A stretch of 64,000 nt of DNA, from contig QPGO01000070.1 in assembly GCA_008632985.1 (NCBI GenBank), positions 248,001 through 312,000 on the forward strand. The letters run 5' to 3'. Position 1 is the first letter of the stretch. Each line of letters starts with the position of its first letter. The translations under genes and the position numbers were made by a program. This stretch comes from Psammoneis japonica (Eukaryota). Positions 25,190-37,604 of the stretch are shown piece by piece. The notes beneath the pieces were generated by a model. That model was not told the DNA's origin and ran no database searches. It saw nothing but the letters and a program-made list of their open reading frames with translations.

Positions 25190-25560
25190 GACAAGCAGTG
25201 ATCGCCTCCATTTTGTGGGGGAAAAATGCCAAACAATTGAGTGGATGGGCATGTTTCAATGATCATGTCTCTCCCTCAAACACTGTCATGCAAACAAACC
25301 CTCAGTGTCTTGCCCCCCTTTTTGTGTGCGAGCAATCATTCACCAACAAATTCAACGGCTTTTTTCTCAATCAAATCACATTTTTGGAGAAAAGGAACAG
25401 CAGAAGCAAATTCCTTGCATGTGAAAAAGGGGGGCAAGACACTGAGGGTTTGTTCGGATGACAGCGTTTGAGGGAGAAATGTGGTCATTGAAACATGTGC
25501 ATCCACTTGGTCATTCAACGGTTTTTTTCCACAAAATGAAGGTGATCACTGCTTGTTGTT
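25190..25560. repeat. Inverted repeat, ~150-bp arms with ~75-bp spacer (MITE/foldback-like)
   Basis: tctccctcaaacactgtcatgcaaacaaaccctcagtgtcttgcccccc mirrored by ggggggcaagacactgagggtttgttcggatgacagcgtttgagggaga; acaagcagtgatc mirrored by gatcactgcttgt. Confidence 0.8.
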
Positions 25561-26699
25561 GCATCACAAATGACAACATGCCAGTCATTTTGATGCTTTT
25601 TACAAACATGTGTCCAAAAAACAAGGGGGTTTGCACCCACAATTTACCCATTTTGGATCATTTTAAAGAAAAATGACAAAATTGTTGTTTTTAAGAGGTT
25701 CCATCCCAGCCAGCCAGCTGGCTGGCTAGAGCAGAGAGGCTGTGGTGCACACGGTGCCTCTTCCCTGCTGCCACCACCTCTTGGACCACCATCACCTCTG
25801 CCCATTTTGGCCTCACTCACCATGCCGCAACTCCTGCCCAATGGGGGGCCTCAAAGCCTTGGTCTTGTCATCACCAAATCCCTTGCCAACCAACTTCTCC
25901 ACCACTCCACCAAACTTCACACTCACCTCACCACTCTCACCAATGAAAATGATGACTCTGCAACACTGTCTCCATCGCGAGTCTGCACCACACTTGGCAC
26001 CACAGTTGTTGTTCATGGCACTGCTGGCACACAATTCTTCACATTGGATCCCATCACACTTGTTGCCTCAGGGCCCCCACAAGTCCAGCTTGTCAATCTT
26101 TGCCTTCCTTGTTGTGCTTGAGGCTGCAGAACAAATTGCGTGAGTTTGGGATCCACAGATTTGAGATCTGCAACGGATCTCACGGGCGGCAGCACCACAT
26201 TTGCACCCCTTCAGCACTCGATTCACCTCCAGTTGTTTCTCACACTTGGCATCATCACCACATCTGAAGAATTTAAAAGTGTGCCATGAACCAGTTGCCA
26301 ATGTAAATTTGTCTTGCAAATGCCACCATGCGTGGCAATTTCCATCATGTTTTTGGAGAAATGCTTCAGAGAAATGGTGTGGGGTGAATCCGATTTGTGC
26401 AAAGTTTTGGACAATTTCCAAAATGCCAAAGCATTGAAAGGCATTGTCTCAACAAAGTGAAGAGTGGAGACTCTGTGGGGATTTAAAATCAGAAATTGAA
26501 ATGCATGGTTGAGAGAGGAGGCACTGCAGTTGCCATCTGCCAGACAAGATTGGCCACAGCAGCATCCAAATCAAATGCTTCTGCTCTGCCCACTGACTTG
26601 CACAGTTTGACTGCACACACTCACACCACAGCCTCTCTTTTCTCTGCAAACTCTGGCTCTAAAGAGAAGATGAGTCATCAGCCATTGACTCAAGCTGGT

Positions 26700-27640
26700 C
26701 CAAGGGTTCCAGGAGCTTCTGGCGGTGCTCCAGCATTTGCTTGTTGATCTCCACACTGTCTCATTCTGAGTCAGGGTGCTCCAAAAGATCTTTGATCTAC
26801 AAACTTCCATGGTGTGGGTGATTTGCTCCACCATTCTCCAAGACCCACTGCATCCTTTCCTCAACATCATCAAAATTGGGGCCCAACATTGGAGTGTGAT
26901 GAGGTTTGAGCAACTCTTCCACAACTCATGAAGAAAAGGTTGGTGGCGACATCATGACAACCAATTTGCTCCAAATGCCCAACGCAGACCAGCGCAACAT
27001 CATTGCCTTCCAGCACAATGATTGCTTTGCAGCCCAGCAACTCACAAAGCTCCATCTTTTTGTCCAACAAGTTGATGCCAACCATGTTTGGATCCAGGGG
27101 CTTGCCAAGCAAATCTGTGAGGCGTGCATCAACTGGACTTGAATTGTGATGCACGAGAACAAAACAGCAGCACTCAATGGCACTGCAATGTTCTTCACAA
27201 CTCATGGAGCCTTTTGCAAGGAGCTTGTTGTGGCTGGCATCCATGGCATGCCCTGCAAGTTTTCTTTGAAAGACAGCTTTTGCTTGCTTCTTGCTCCAGG
27301 GCTCATCCACAATGACTGCATCAACAATGGAGCCCACGAGTCAATGACTGTCCAACTTCCAAGGAATGGCTTTGTGGGCAGCTCCAGGATGATGAATGGT
27401 GTTAGATTGTGTGTGGTTGTTTGCTCCATGACATGTGGCTGCTGTCATGCATTTGAGCTCTACTTTGGAAATGATGGGTCAGCACTTTTTCATGTGGGGA
27501 ATGGCAAGTGTTGAACATTGTGCGGCTCTGCTCCAACCAAGTGCAGTGACACTTGGTCACCCCACTGCATCAAGAGAGGTTTTTCATGCAACAAATCCAA
27601 GAGCCAAGAGTGGCAAGGTGGTCTGGATGACATTGGCTTG
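26700..27640 (-). pseudogene. Decayed glycosyltransferase family 90 (CAP10/KDELC-like)
   Basis: KAVFQRKLAG, LLGCKAIIVLEGNDVA, VVMMSPPTFSS*VVEELLKP and FDDVEERMQWVL resemble GT90 consensus (YKAIIxLEGNDVA...SVVMMPPPTxxSWxMEELLxP). Confidence 0.75.
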
Positions 27641-29469
27641 GCAGCCTGCACATGTGGAACCTTCATGTCATTTGACAAGATTGTTGGGTCCACCATCATG
27701 ATGGTGTCTTGTTGTGACTCCGAGTCAATTTCAACAACATGAGCACACTTGTGGTTCATGGCAAGCTCTCTCACTGATGTGCGCAGCCACTGGTCATCCT
27801 TGTTGCCCAACATTTGATGTTGCATTGTTGCAGCAGAGTCACAAGCAAGGTGGGACACACCAATTGGACATGTGTCATTCTTTGACCCTTTTCTTGACAG
27901 ACGGAAAATGTTTTGGTCACTTGAGGGCTTCCCTTCTGCAGACAAAGGGACCTTGATGGATGTGTGCAAGAGGTCTGCCACCTCACCAGCCAATGGTTGT
28001 TTAGTTTGGTCTTCTTGAAAGCACCGGTCAATCACAAAAACCATGGTTTGATCCACAAACCCTTGCTGTTGTGCAGTTGTGATGGAATTTTGGGATGCTT
28101 GCACTCCTTTGTCAAGGAATGCCCCTCTTGGCAACCCAGCCCATCAAAGGGTGAGGTGTGACCACCAGAATCAAATGAAAGATGTTGCTCATGTTCCAAC
28201 CATCCATCTTTTCTGCTCCAACATTTTTGAGACAGCACTGTTGAAGGTGCACCTCCAGAGAGAACCACTGTGAAAAAAGAACAGATGTGAAGAACAAGGA
28301 CAGTCAGGATTGCAATGGCAGGTGAGAGACAACATGTTGCTCTTTGCAAAGCAAAGTCACTCAAATTGTCAACCACATCTCATCAAATTGACACATTTTT
28401 GTTTGTTGTTTTTGATCACTTGACAAGCTTTGCAAGACTGAAATCTGTCAGCTGGTGCTTGCCATCATTGACCTTGATCCATTGTTCACCATGAACATCC
28501 AAGTGGACAATGATGGGCTGACCTGTCTTGTTGTCTGGATGATGCAAACAAGCCACAAACACAGCCATTTGATGTGCATCTCATGCAACATTTTCTCCCA
28601 ACTGACCACCATTGCCAAAGGTGCACATGGCAGACGTGCCACAATGCCCACAAATGTCAACAATGTGTGGTGACGATGACAATTTTTTGTGCACCAAGGC
28701 ATCACGCTGCTGCAGTTCAATTGTCGTGGGTCCAAAATCTTCATTGTGACCTGCTCAAAACTTGAACAATTTGAGAGCTGTTGCTGTGCTGCCATTTGCA
28801 TCTTTCTTGGGTGGCACCAGTTGCCCCCTTTCCAACAATGTTGAGGTCATTGGCATTTGGCAAATCAACTTCATGAAGAGAATTTTGAGTCATGTTGTTG
28901 GTTTTCTTGCCACTTCCTGTGGACAAAACAATCCTCTTCCTTGTTTCCACAAAGTGATTTCGGAATGTTGCACTGAACTTGTTTCCTTGACTCTTCTGAA
29001 TCAATTGTTTGAGGTTTGACAGCAGCACACTGCATTGGCATGCCTTCCACATGCATGGTTCATGGTCATTGCAACCAAGGAATTGTCTTCAAATCCAAGT
29101 TCCAATGAGGCAGAAAATGATGTGCATTTTGTTCCCATGATGGATCAGGCAAAAAGAAGGATGCAAAGAACTGGTTCAAGACAGATGACAAAGCCAGCAC
29201 AGCAATTTTGGTGAGTCTTGAGTGGACTGAACGCAGTGTCATGATGTTGTTGTTGCTCTCTTCTTGCATTGTGGGTTCACAAAGTGCCACACTTCATTCA
29301 ATGAGGTGCATTCTGGCATTTTTCTTTCTTGTTTCTTGTGTCATTTCTGTGATTCTTTCTTGTCAGTGCAGATGCACAGAAGTGCTGCAGATGCGCATCA
29401 TTCAACATTTGGCTTGCTTGCTCAAAAATTCATCAAAGTTGTTTTTGTCCACAGTCGATTGTGAGCGCA

Positions 29470-29515
29470 ACACACACACACACACACAATCTAAAAGGGG
29501 GGGGGGGGGGGGGGG
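29470..29515. repeat. (CA)n microsatellite followed by a ~20-nt poly-G run
   Basis: cacacacacacacacacaatctaaaagggggggggggggggggggg. Confidence 0.85.
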
Positions 29516-29879
29516 TGCTTCAAAAAATTTGAAAGTTGATGGCAAAAACAACGTTCTTGGGACTCAACATGCCACCAAAATTGTTAAGTTTGCTTCATTG
29601 TGCAGATGCCATGCAGTCACTCACTTGCAACTTGCAAGTTGCTTGTCTCTTCACAGGTTGAAACAAGTGGGGCCCTGCTTTGCTCCATCCATCATGGTGA
29701 GAGTCGCCATGATGGCACTCATTTGTTGATGTCTTGCCATTTCTTTCTTGCTTGTGTTTCAGTTTTTGTTTGGTTTCAGCTGAAGCATGGCTTTCACAAT
29801 CCCGAGTCAAGCGCTTCTGCACCAAGCAGCTTTTGCTTCAAGCAAAATCATGTGACCCACAACATGAGCCACATGTGGG

Positions 29880-30125
29880 GTGCAAGCAAGTCTTGGTGAC
29901 CAGCAGGCAGTGTTGGCTTTGTTGGAAGCCATGTTTCTGAATTTCCACTGGAAAGTGGGTGCTGCTGCAGCTGTTGTGGACAAAATGAGCTCACACCACA
30001 GTGTGAGCATCAAAAAGGTGAATCTAGAATTGCTCAGAAGAAAAGCAAAAGACAAGAAACAATTGAGTGTCAGCAAGGGTGATGTGGCAGATGAGACATT
30101 TGTGGAGAACATGTTTGAAAAGAGC
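29880..30125 (+). pseudogene. Truncated first copy of the UDP-glucuronate 4-epimerase pseudogene (tandem duplication ~29521-30125 / ~30389-31015)
   Basis: VVDKMSSHHSVSIKKVNLELLRRKAK...KGDVADETFVENMFEK; upstream aaaaatttgaaagttga... repeated at 30389. Confidence 0.7.
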
Positions 30126-30801
30126 TTTGCTGAGAAAAGGGGTTTTTTCATGCACAGTTGCAGACATGCAAAAATGCGCACAATTTTGCACTCAAATTTT
30201 GATGAAATTTGTGCACAGAATTTGAATTGCATCTGGCACAAAGTCAATCATTTCATTGGTGTGTGGCTTGTCTAGATTGTCTGAAGCAATTGTCACTTTG
30301 GCCCTGGTTGATGGCATTGTGTTGCATCTCGATGTGAGTCTTTGGACAGTGTGTCTTGGTTCAGTGGCAGCATGGGGATGGACTGGTTCAAAAATTTGAA
30401 AGTTGACAGCAAATGCATTGTGTTCTCAGGACTCAACATGCTGCCAAAATCATCAATGTGCTTCATCGTGCAGATGCCACAGATGCAGTGCTGTCACTTG
30501 CATGTGTCACCTGGAGCCCTGCTCACACCAGTCTCTTTTCACTTTTCAATTGAAGTTTGCTGTTCACTCCATCACCAGTGAGAGTTGCCATGTGGTGGCA
30601 TTCATCAACAGTGCAACATGGTTGTTTGTCTTTGTCTTGTCAATTTCTCTGTTGCTTGTGCTGCAGCTTGTGCTCCAGCTTTTTGGGTTTCACGTGATGT
30701 GCAATTTTTGCACTTCACATCAAGCACTCATGCACCAAGCAGCAAGCAGCCTTTGCTTCCCAAGAATCATGTTCCCACAACATGGGCCATCACACATGGG
30801 G

Positions 30802-31650
30802 CACAATCAAGTCTTGGCAATGGGAGGTGCAGGCTTTGTCAGAAGTCATGTGTCTGAGCTTCTGTTGGAAAGAGGCAATGCCACAATTGCTGTGAATGGG
30901 GTGAATTTGCACCACAATGTGAGAGCATCAAAGAAGCAAATCTAGAAATTCTTAGAAGCACTCACAAAGGCAACATGGCAGATGAGATGTTTGTGAAGGG
31001 TGTATTTGAAAAGGAGTGACCAGAATGGATCTGTTGCATGGCAGAAAGAGCCAGGATTCAACCCAGTGTGGATGAACCTTTCACCCACATTTGCTCCAAC
31101 ATGGAGGGCACAATGCAGCCACTTGGGTTGTCTCATCAACGCAAGGTCAAGAGTTCTGTTTTTGCGCTGTTGTCCTCCCCTGTTGTTTGTGGCATGTCAA
31201 GATCCAGAGTTTTTGACAAAGCAATGCTGGCAGAAGATCATCCCATTGGCCCACACGCAACAACCCAGAAGGCAACCAAGTTGCTTTCATGCACCTTTCA
31301 TCATTTGCATGTGGACCCTGCAGTTGTCCTGGCATGGTGCCTTTTAAGTTTGTCAATGCGCTGGTCAAGGGCTGCCAACAGAGAAACACAGGCAAGGCAA
31401 TTTGATGCACAATTGCGCGCACATTTCCAACATTGTGCAGGGTGCTGTGCACGCCATTCTTGATTGGCCACAACCCACCTTTGAGGTGTTGGTTTTGGGC
31501 AAAGGTGGGCTAAATTCATTGCAAGACTTCACACAAATGGCAGAAAACACAGTGCGCAAGCAAGCCAATGTTGTCATCAAGGAAGAACATGCTCCAATGT
31601 TGCCAAGGCAAATTGTCTTTTTGGATGCAATCCAACAGCATCACCACCAG
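30802..31650 (+). pseudogene. Decayed NAD-dependent epimerase (UDP-glucuronate 4-epimerase-like)
   Basis: VLAMGGAGFVRSHVSELLLERG, MAERARIQPSVDEPF, PHATTQKATKLLSCTFHHLH (from PYAATKKAxELLAYTYHHLY), HISNIVQG and LGKG. Confidence 0.8.
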
Positions 31651-32284
31651 AACATGGAATTTGCCAAACCATGGAGTGTTGGGCAGCACAACCCATCAAA
31701 ACAGTTGAAGAGGTGGTGCCAACATCTTGGTTTGAGTGCAAATCATAAAAAAGTGCACTCCAACAGAAAACAAAGTCAAACAAAATACAAAAAGTGACAG
31801 CTGCTGCACGTCAAAACATTTTGAAACACAACAATTAAATGAAAGAGCTCCCCAATCATTTTTTTCCTGCAGCTTTCTGGTCAAACATTGCAGACCACAG
31901 ACATTTTCTGTGATTGGCAATTTCACGATGATTTGTGATTAAAAATGTTGAAACTGGACCTGCATTTCATCTGTGTCTCTGTCTGCAGCACTGTCAGTGA
32001 CGAAGGTTTGGGCTGCCAGCACTCTCTGCCAGAGCTGGCTTCAGAGCTGCTCCTTCAAGTTTGAAGAGTGCTGGGTGTGATGAAGCATCATCATGTGCCA
32101 TGACAGTGAGATGAGCTGGCAAGCTGGTCAAACACCCATGACTTGATCTTTTGCAAATTCATTGCAACACTTGCATGACTCAAGATTTCACCATGGAACC
32201 TTTTGTTGTTGCCATTGTTGTGATCTCATTCTTGATTTGCTGATTGATTTGCAATCCCTTCTAAAGTGCTTCATTTTGTCCACC

Positions 32285-32970
32285 ATGGGAGCCAAGTCTT
32301 CAAAGAGTGAGATGCCATTGGCACACAAATCCATTCAGGAAGGCACTTCTTGGGTGCAGGCAATCCAAGATGTTGAATGTTTGGACTGGAAACAGGGATT
32401 GTCAGATGACAAAATTCAAGCCCAAGCATTGCAACAGAATGATTTGCCAGTTCAGATGGCTGAACAAATCCATTTGGGAAATGCTCACAGCATGAGATCC
32501 ATTGCAACATTGAGAGCTCTGGAAATCATGGCAGCTTTGAACATGGCTGGGCTGCTTGCTTTGAAAAGAGCTGCAGTCAAGGCACATGAAGAGAGTGGCA
32601 CCTTGTGCCATTGCATCACTTCTGAACATGAGCCATTCTTTCATCCACTGCCAGAGAATTGCCAGAAAGAAGCTTTTGATTTTGTGAAGTCATCCACAAG
32701 AAAAAGCAAAGGAAAGTGCATCATTCATGACATGGTGGGAATGAGTTGGTCTGGTCTGGTTGCCACAGCCCACTGCATGATCATGACACAGACACTCGTC
32801 CAGTGCTGGAAACTGCAAAGCATGTTTGAAAGCAGCAAGAAACTGTGGCATCATGCAGCAAAGGCTTTCAGCAACAACAATTGGCAGCCATGGCTCAAGA
32901 GTGAACAATCTTCTTGGAGCAAAGCCCGGCATGGAAGCACCCACAGTCAAGGGTTGCCCGCCACTGCATG
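32285..32970 (+). pseudogene. Decayed dual-specificity phosphatase
   Basis: MGAKSSK start, IHLGNAHS, LNMAG, EAFDFV and GKCIIHDMVGMSWSG (degenerate VHCxAGxNRS). Confidence 0.75.
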
Positions 32971-35730
32971 ACTTTGATGCAATGTGTTCAATGCTTCTCT
33001 TGAGGACAGAGTTCATCCTCTTGAGAAGCTGTTGTCTTCATGCTGATGAGAGGATCTGGCAAGGAGTTTGCTGTGACACAATTCAAGCTGTCAAACACTC
33101 ATCTTTTGAGTGCCTTTGCATGCTGCTGGAGGCTGTCTGGCTTCTTCCAGTTTTAAATTTTTGCCTGATTTTGTGTCAGATGAATTTTCCTGTTGTGCAC
33201 CTGCTCACATGACACATGAATGTGAAAGTTTTGCATGAGCAGTCAGCACCAGGGAAGGTTTGATGCCAGAGCCCTTCTGTTCAAGACAAAGGCACCTCTT
33301 TGTTGGCTGTTGGCATCAACTCCACATGCTGGCTTCCACTGGCAGTGGTGCCTGGGGTTGCCAAAACAAGCTTGACAGAAGACTGGGGGCACAGGGCTGA
33401 GCATTGCACCAACCAAAAAAGTGAGAAGCACTCCAGTGGTGCACCCGCATGCACTCCGCATTGCCACACCTGCTTTCCTCTTTCAGCCAACTGATGCCAT
33501 CTGTCAGTTCTTGTCAGCACATGTTTTCCAACACACTCCTCAGCGCAAACATTTGTTGAAAGTGGTTGTTGTCATTTTTTCAACATTGGTCCTCCCAAGC
33601 TTTAGAGCAACTTTCTTGGGACTCTCCTTCCTGCATTCTCAACTCACAGCACTTCATTTTGCCCCATGCTTCCACAAGCAGTGGGTCAGCTTCTTGGTCA
33701 TCTTTCACAAAGAGCTCTCACCTTGCTTTCTTTTGAACTGAAGTGTGATGCTAAAATTTCCAAGCCTTGTCCACCTTTTCAGGGTGCTTCTCATCTCCAA
33801 GGCATGGCTTGTTTGAAGCCCATTCAACACACAACCAAATTCACACAAGTGTTGCTCAAAAATGTGACAGCTGAAAACTTGTTTTTGCAGTCTCATCACC
33901 AGGCTCAGAGGCAAGCTTGGCATTCTTTTCTGCAAGCAAGCCTTGCTGGCACAACCCAGCTGCAACTGTGGCACATTTCCAAAATCCCCAAGCGCACAAG
34001 CCACTTGTGGCAACAAGCCAGCTGGTCATCACCTTGCTCATCCCCAACAATGATGGCTGCTTTCTTTGTGCCTTAGAAACTCAAAGCATCCCACACTTCT
34101 TTTTGCACATGTCAAGTGCAACTTCCTTGACTGCTGCCAGCCATGAGCTCAGCAATGACAGATTTCTTTTCCAAGTCCTTGTGGCTCTCCAAGCTTTCCA
34201 CCCATTTAGCACAGCTTTGCCACACTGGTCAGCAACAGCAACAAATGCATTTGCTTTGCAGTCAAAGTTCTTTGCCTCATTGTTCATGCACTGATTGCAC
34301 CTCTTGCTGCTGGCGCCTCTTCAGACTGCCTTTTGTCACTGGTCACCAGCTTTGGAGAATGCCCAGCCTCAGCAAATGCTGTGCCCTGCAGGTGTGCAAC
34401 TGGTGTCCTCATTTGTGCTCTCTTGCACATTGTCCAATTTGTTTTGCAACATCTTTGCACTTGCTGAAACAAGCAGCATCACATGAGACACAATGGTGCA
34501 CTTTCACCCTTCACCTCTTTTGCTGCTCTGCCAACTTTGCTCTTTTGCTCCATCTTGACATTCAATCACTTTTTCAAGAGCAGCAGTGCCACATCTTCAA
34601 ACAGAGTGCAAAACAAACCTTTTCCAATCACTTCTTCAACCAGAGAGCAACAAACCTGCTTTTGTCAAAGTTTGGTGCCAGCTTAAATGTCCTGCAACTG
34701 GTGCCAACAGGGGGGCAATGTTGCAGGGCCCTGTGCTCCAAATTGAGAGATGGGCACTGAGCAAATTGTTGCAGAGTTTGCTGTTTTTGGCAACCTTTGA
34801 AAATTGCTCCTGAGTGGCTCACACTGCCACGGAACATTCAGCCAAGTGAGTTGTGCATTCTTCACTTTGCACGCACACATGAGAACTTTTTGTCCCTGAA
34901 TGAGGAGCTTTGCTCCAAGCTCATCTTGGTTCTTGCACAATGCACAGTAGCATTGAACCTGGACAAGCCTTCATTTACCAGGCATGATGACTCTGGCGGG
35001 GGAGGGGCAGTTGAGCACATTGTCCTCATGATGTGGGTCACTTGCAGCAGTTGGCCTGCACCAGTCATGTCAACACCTGCTCAGTGAATCAAGTGTGACT
35101 TGCATGGGCTTGTGCAGTGTGCACCTTTGGGTTGCACATCTCCTGCCACAAGAGCCTCACACAATGCAACACACTGCTGGCATCTGCCAGTTGCAAGCTC
35201 TTTGCACCATCCTTCTTGGAGGTTGGCAGCTCAGGTCTCACATTGCATCCTGTGAGGTGCCTTGTGGATTCCTTGGAGCAGTTTGTTGCTGCTCACAAGG
35301 CACACTCTAGAACAGCTGTTCACCAGCACTGGCTCCTTGAGCCACTGCTTGATGGCCTTGTTGGGATGAGCCTGCTGCAGAGGGGATGGCAGCGATTCCA
35401 GGGTGAGCGATTAGCCTTCAGACTCCTCCGGGATGATGGACATTGCCATTGCTTTGGACTCACAGACATTCGTCCTCGCCCAAAGCTCTTGTTGAAAGGT
35501 TAAAAAAACAAAAAATGGTGGCCACGTGTGCCACTGCTGGAACGGAAGAGATTTCATCTGAAAGGCCTTCCGCTCGAAACATGTAAATAAGCGGAAAGGT
35601 CACCTAAATGCAGTGCATCAGACAATGTTTTCTTAGACTCCCAATCTTTACGAAACACGGTGACGCGCTTCTTAAGTTAGGTTACTTCTTCCGAAACACG
35701 AACGGCGTTTGCGAAAACCACATTGTTTGT

Positions 35731-37308
35731 TTATTGTGCTGCAGCGTCAGTGCGCAAAGCTTTGACTGCAATAAGGAAGTTCTCGTTCTTGCCTTTTACT
35801 CCCGAAACGACAACAGCAAATTTACCCGGTCCCTTGACTGCTTTCGCAACCTTGAAACATTTTGGTGTACCTGCGCTTGAACCAATTGTTTGTTCTTCTG
35901 TCACTACGTCGCCGGCCTCCGAAAGCACCTTTAGTGATGCCCCAGACTTACTCCTGGAATACGTCAAAATCGCAGCCTGCTCTGTCGCCGAAAGCGAAAA
36001 ATCAATTTTGGATTTCTTTCCAGTACTCAACTTCACCAGCTCGACAATTTGTCGGTCATACTGATCCCCATCGGCTCTCTGTTTCTTCAATGCCTGCTCA
36101 AACGTTGGCCCCTGTCCTCCCACTTCCTTTAGTTGCTCTTTCGGCTCAATCAACTCTGCCATTCGCGCGCTTGGAGTACTGGAATGTATTTCCACCTTTT
36201 CACCAGTTCGCGGATCAAGAAATTTCTTAATCATTCTCCAAGAAAAGGAAAAGAAGCTAGGAGCGTTGATTATAATGGTGTGATTCATCAACTCGGGGAA
36301 GCTCCCGTTGGCTTCTTTCAGCCCCTTGAAGATTGCGAGCGTTCGGGAGTTGATCAAGCTCGCCGGTAGCCCTTTCAAATCTACTACCACTACCATTTCG
36401 CATCGACCATTTTCAGCAGCAGCCACCTGCTTTGCAAAAGCATGTTTCATGGCATACCACATGAACTTATTCACTTGCTCTTCAGGATTAATAGCACAGT
36501 CCATTCCATCAATAGAGAGTCTTCCCGCTACTAGATATGCCACTGGGCAACCGTTCTTAGCGATTCCACTGTAGAAGAATGGCAATTGCGTCAAAAATAC
36601 AGAAAGCGAGCATCCCAAAGCTGCTTCGATATCGCTGTAAAAGTCATGTTTCTGAGCCTTCGTGAATGGTTCAACTTGTTCGCTCAAGAGCTCGAAAACC
36701 TCTGGAGGATCGAATTTACGAGCACGCAGCAGCCTGCATAGTGCATATGGCTCCTCCTCGACGCCGTCAAAAATATGAACCAATCCATAGTATGCCTTGT
36801 CTTTGGACTTGAGCTGACTTCTAAATTCCAAACACTTCTCGAGTTCAACGTTTGTAAGCTCTCCAGGATAACCCGCCAGCTCAACGTGAGCATCCGTGGT
36901 CTGCAATGCTTGTTTCACAATCACTGTCTGTCTCATGTGTTTCTTTTCCCCTTTCTGATCCGACAACAACGTATCTGGAACTTTCATGACGATACTATTT
37001 CGCGGGTGGGGGTTGGCTATCGTAGCTGGCGCATAGCTCATGCCTGCCGATTGCTGCCTCGTTGAGTAAAACACGGTTTGAGCCAAGAGCATTTTCTCTC
37101 GTTCGGGCATGGCATTGAATTCGTTCTCAGACATGGTTTCGTACGCATCAAAATAATACTGAGACTGTCTATTGTCAGGAAGTGGAGAGAGGGTCGAGTG
37201 ACCTTCCTCTGCTTTTGCCGACGTGCTCTCTTTGACTGGCGATGGGACTTCCGATTCTCTCACGACAGCCTCCTCGTCGGCTGCTTTGGATGCACACAAA
37301 TTCCCCAT
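35731..37308 (-). CDS. CRAL-TRIO/Sec14 lipid-binding protein with putative N-myristoylation
   Basis: MGNLCASK start, LCRLLRARKFD, VVDLKGL and FPELMNHTIIINAPSFFSFSWRMIKKFLDPRT. Confidence 0.9.
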   Translation of the reverse strand: MGNLCASKAADEEAVVRESEVPSPVKESTSAKAEEGHSTLSPLPDNRQSQYYFDAYETMSENEFNAMPEREKMLLAQTVFYSTRQQSAGMSYAPATIANPHPRNSIVMKVPDTLLSDQKGEKKHMRQTVIVKQALQTTDAHVELAGYPGELTNVELEKCLEFRSQLKSKDKAYYGLVHIFDGVEEEPYALCRLLRARKFDPPEVFELLSEQVEPFTKAQKHDFYSDIEAALGCSLSVFLTQLPFFYSGIAKNGCPVAYLVAGRLSIDGMDCAINPEEQVNKFMWYAMKHAFAKQVAAAENGRCEMVVVVDLKGLPASLINSRTLAIFKGLKEANGSFPELMNHTIIINAPSFFSFSWRMIKKFLDPRTGEKVEIHSSTPSARMAELIEPKEQLKEVGGQGPTFEQALKKQRADGDQYDRQIVELVKLSTGKKSKIDFSLSATEQAAILTYSRSKSGASLKVLSEAGDVVTEEQTIGSSAGTPKCFKVAKAVKGPGKFAVVVSGVKGKNENFLIAVKALRTDAAAQ

Positions 37309-37604
37309 CCTTGTTGTTTCTGTTGAAAAAAAAAGGATGTTAACCGATGCGACAGTTACACTAATGCGTAGGTTACGCAATCGATCCTGCCTCCTGCCTC
37401 TGCCGGCAGCTCGAAGCTTCAAAATAGGGCCCTAATCCGCCGTCATCGCGTTTTGGAACGCTGACCAAGCGCTGACGCTGAGGTTTCCCGCCATTTTTGA
37501 TTTTCCATGACGTCACTATCGTCTGTCAGTCCCACCATGAAAGCTTTCCACTTTCCACTTTCCGCTTTCCGCTGATTTTCAAGTCCAAATTTCACGCGAA
37601 CACC

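Larger units (their letters stand above)
23400..35580. other. 12-kb TpA/CpG-depleted block made largely of decayed host-type genes
   Basis: TA and CG scarce throughout; recognisable GT90, epimerase and phosphatase remnants. Confidence 0.75.

Noticed and set aside
19690..35580. Dozens of overlapping Cys/His-rich ORFs suggesting novel metal-binding proteins
   Set aside because: Loss of TpA removes TAA/TAG stops and turns Tyr into Cys/His, so long spurious ORFs appear in all six frames.
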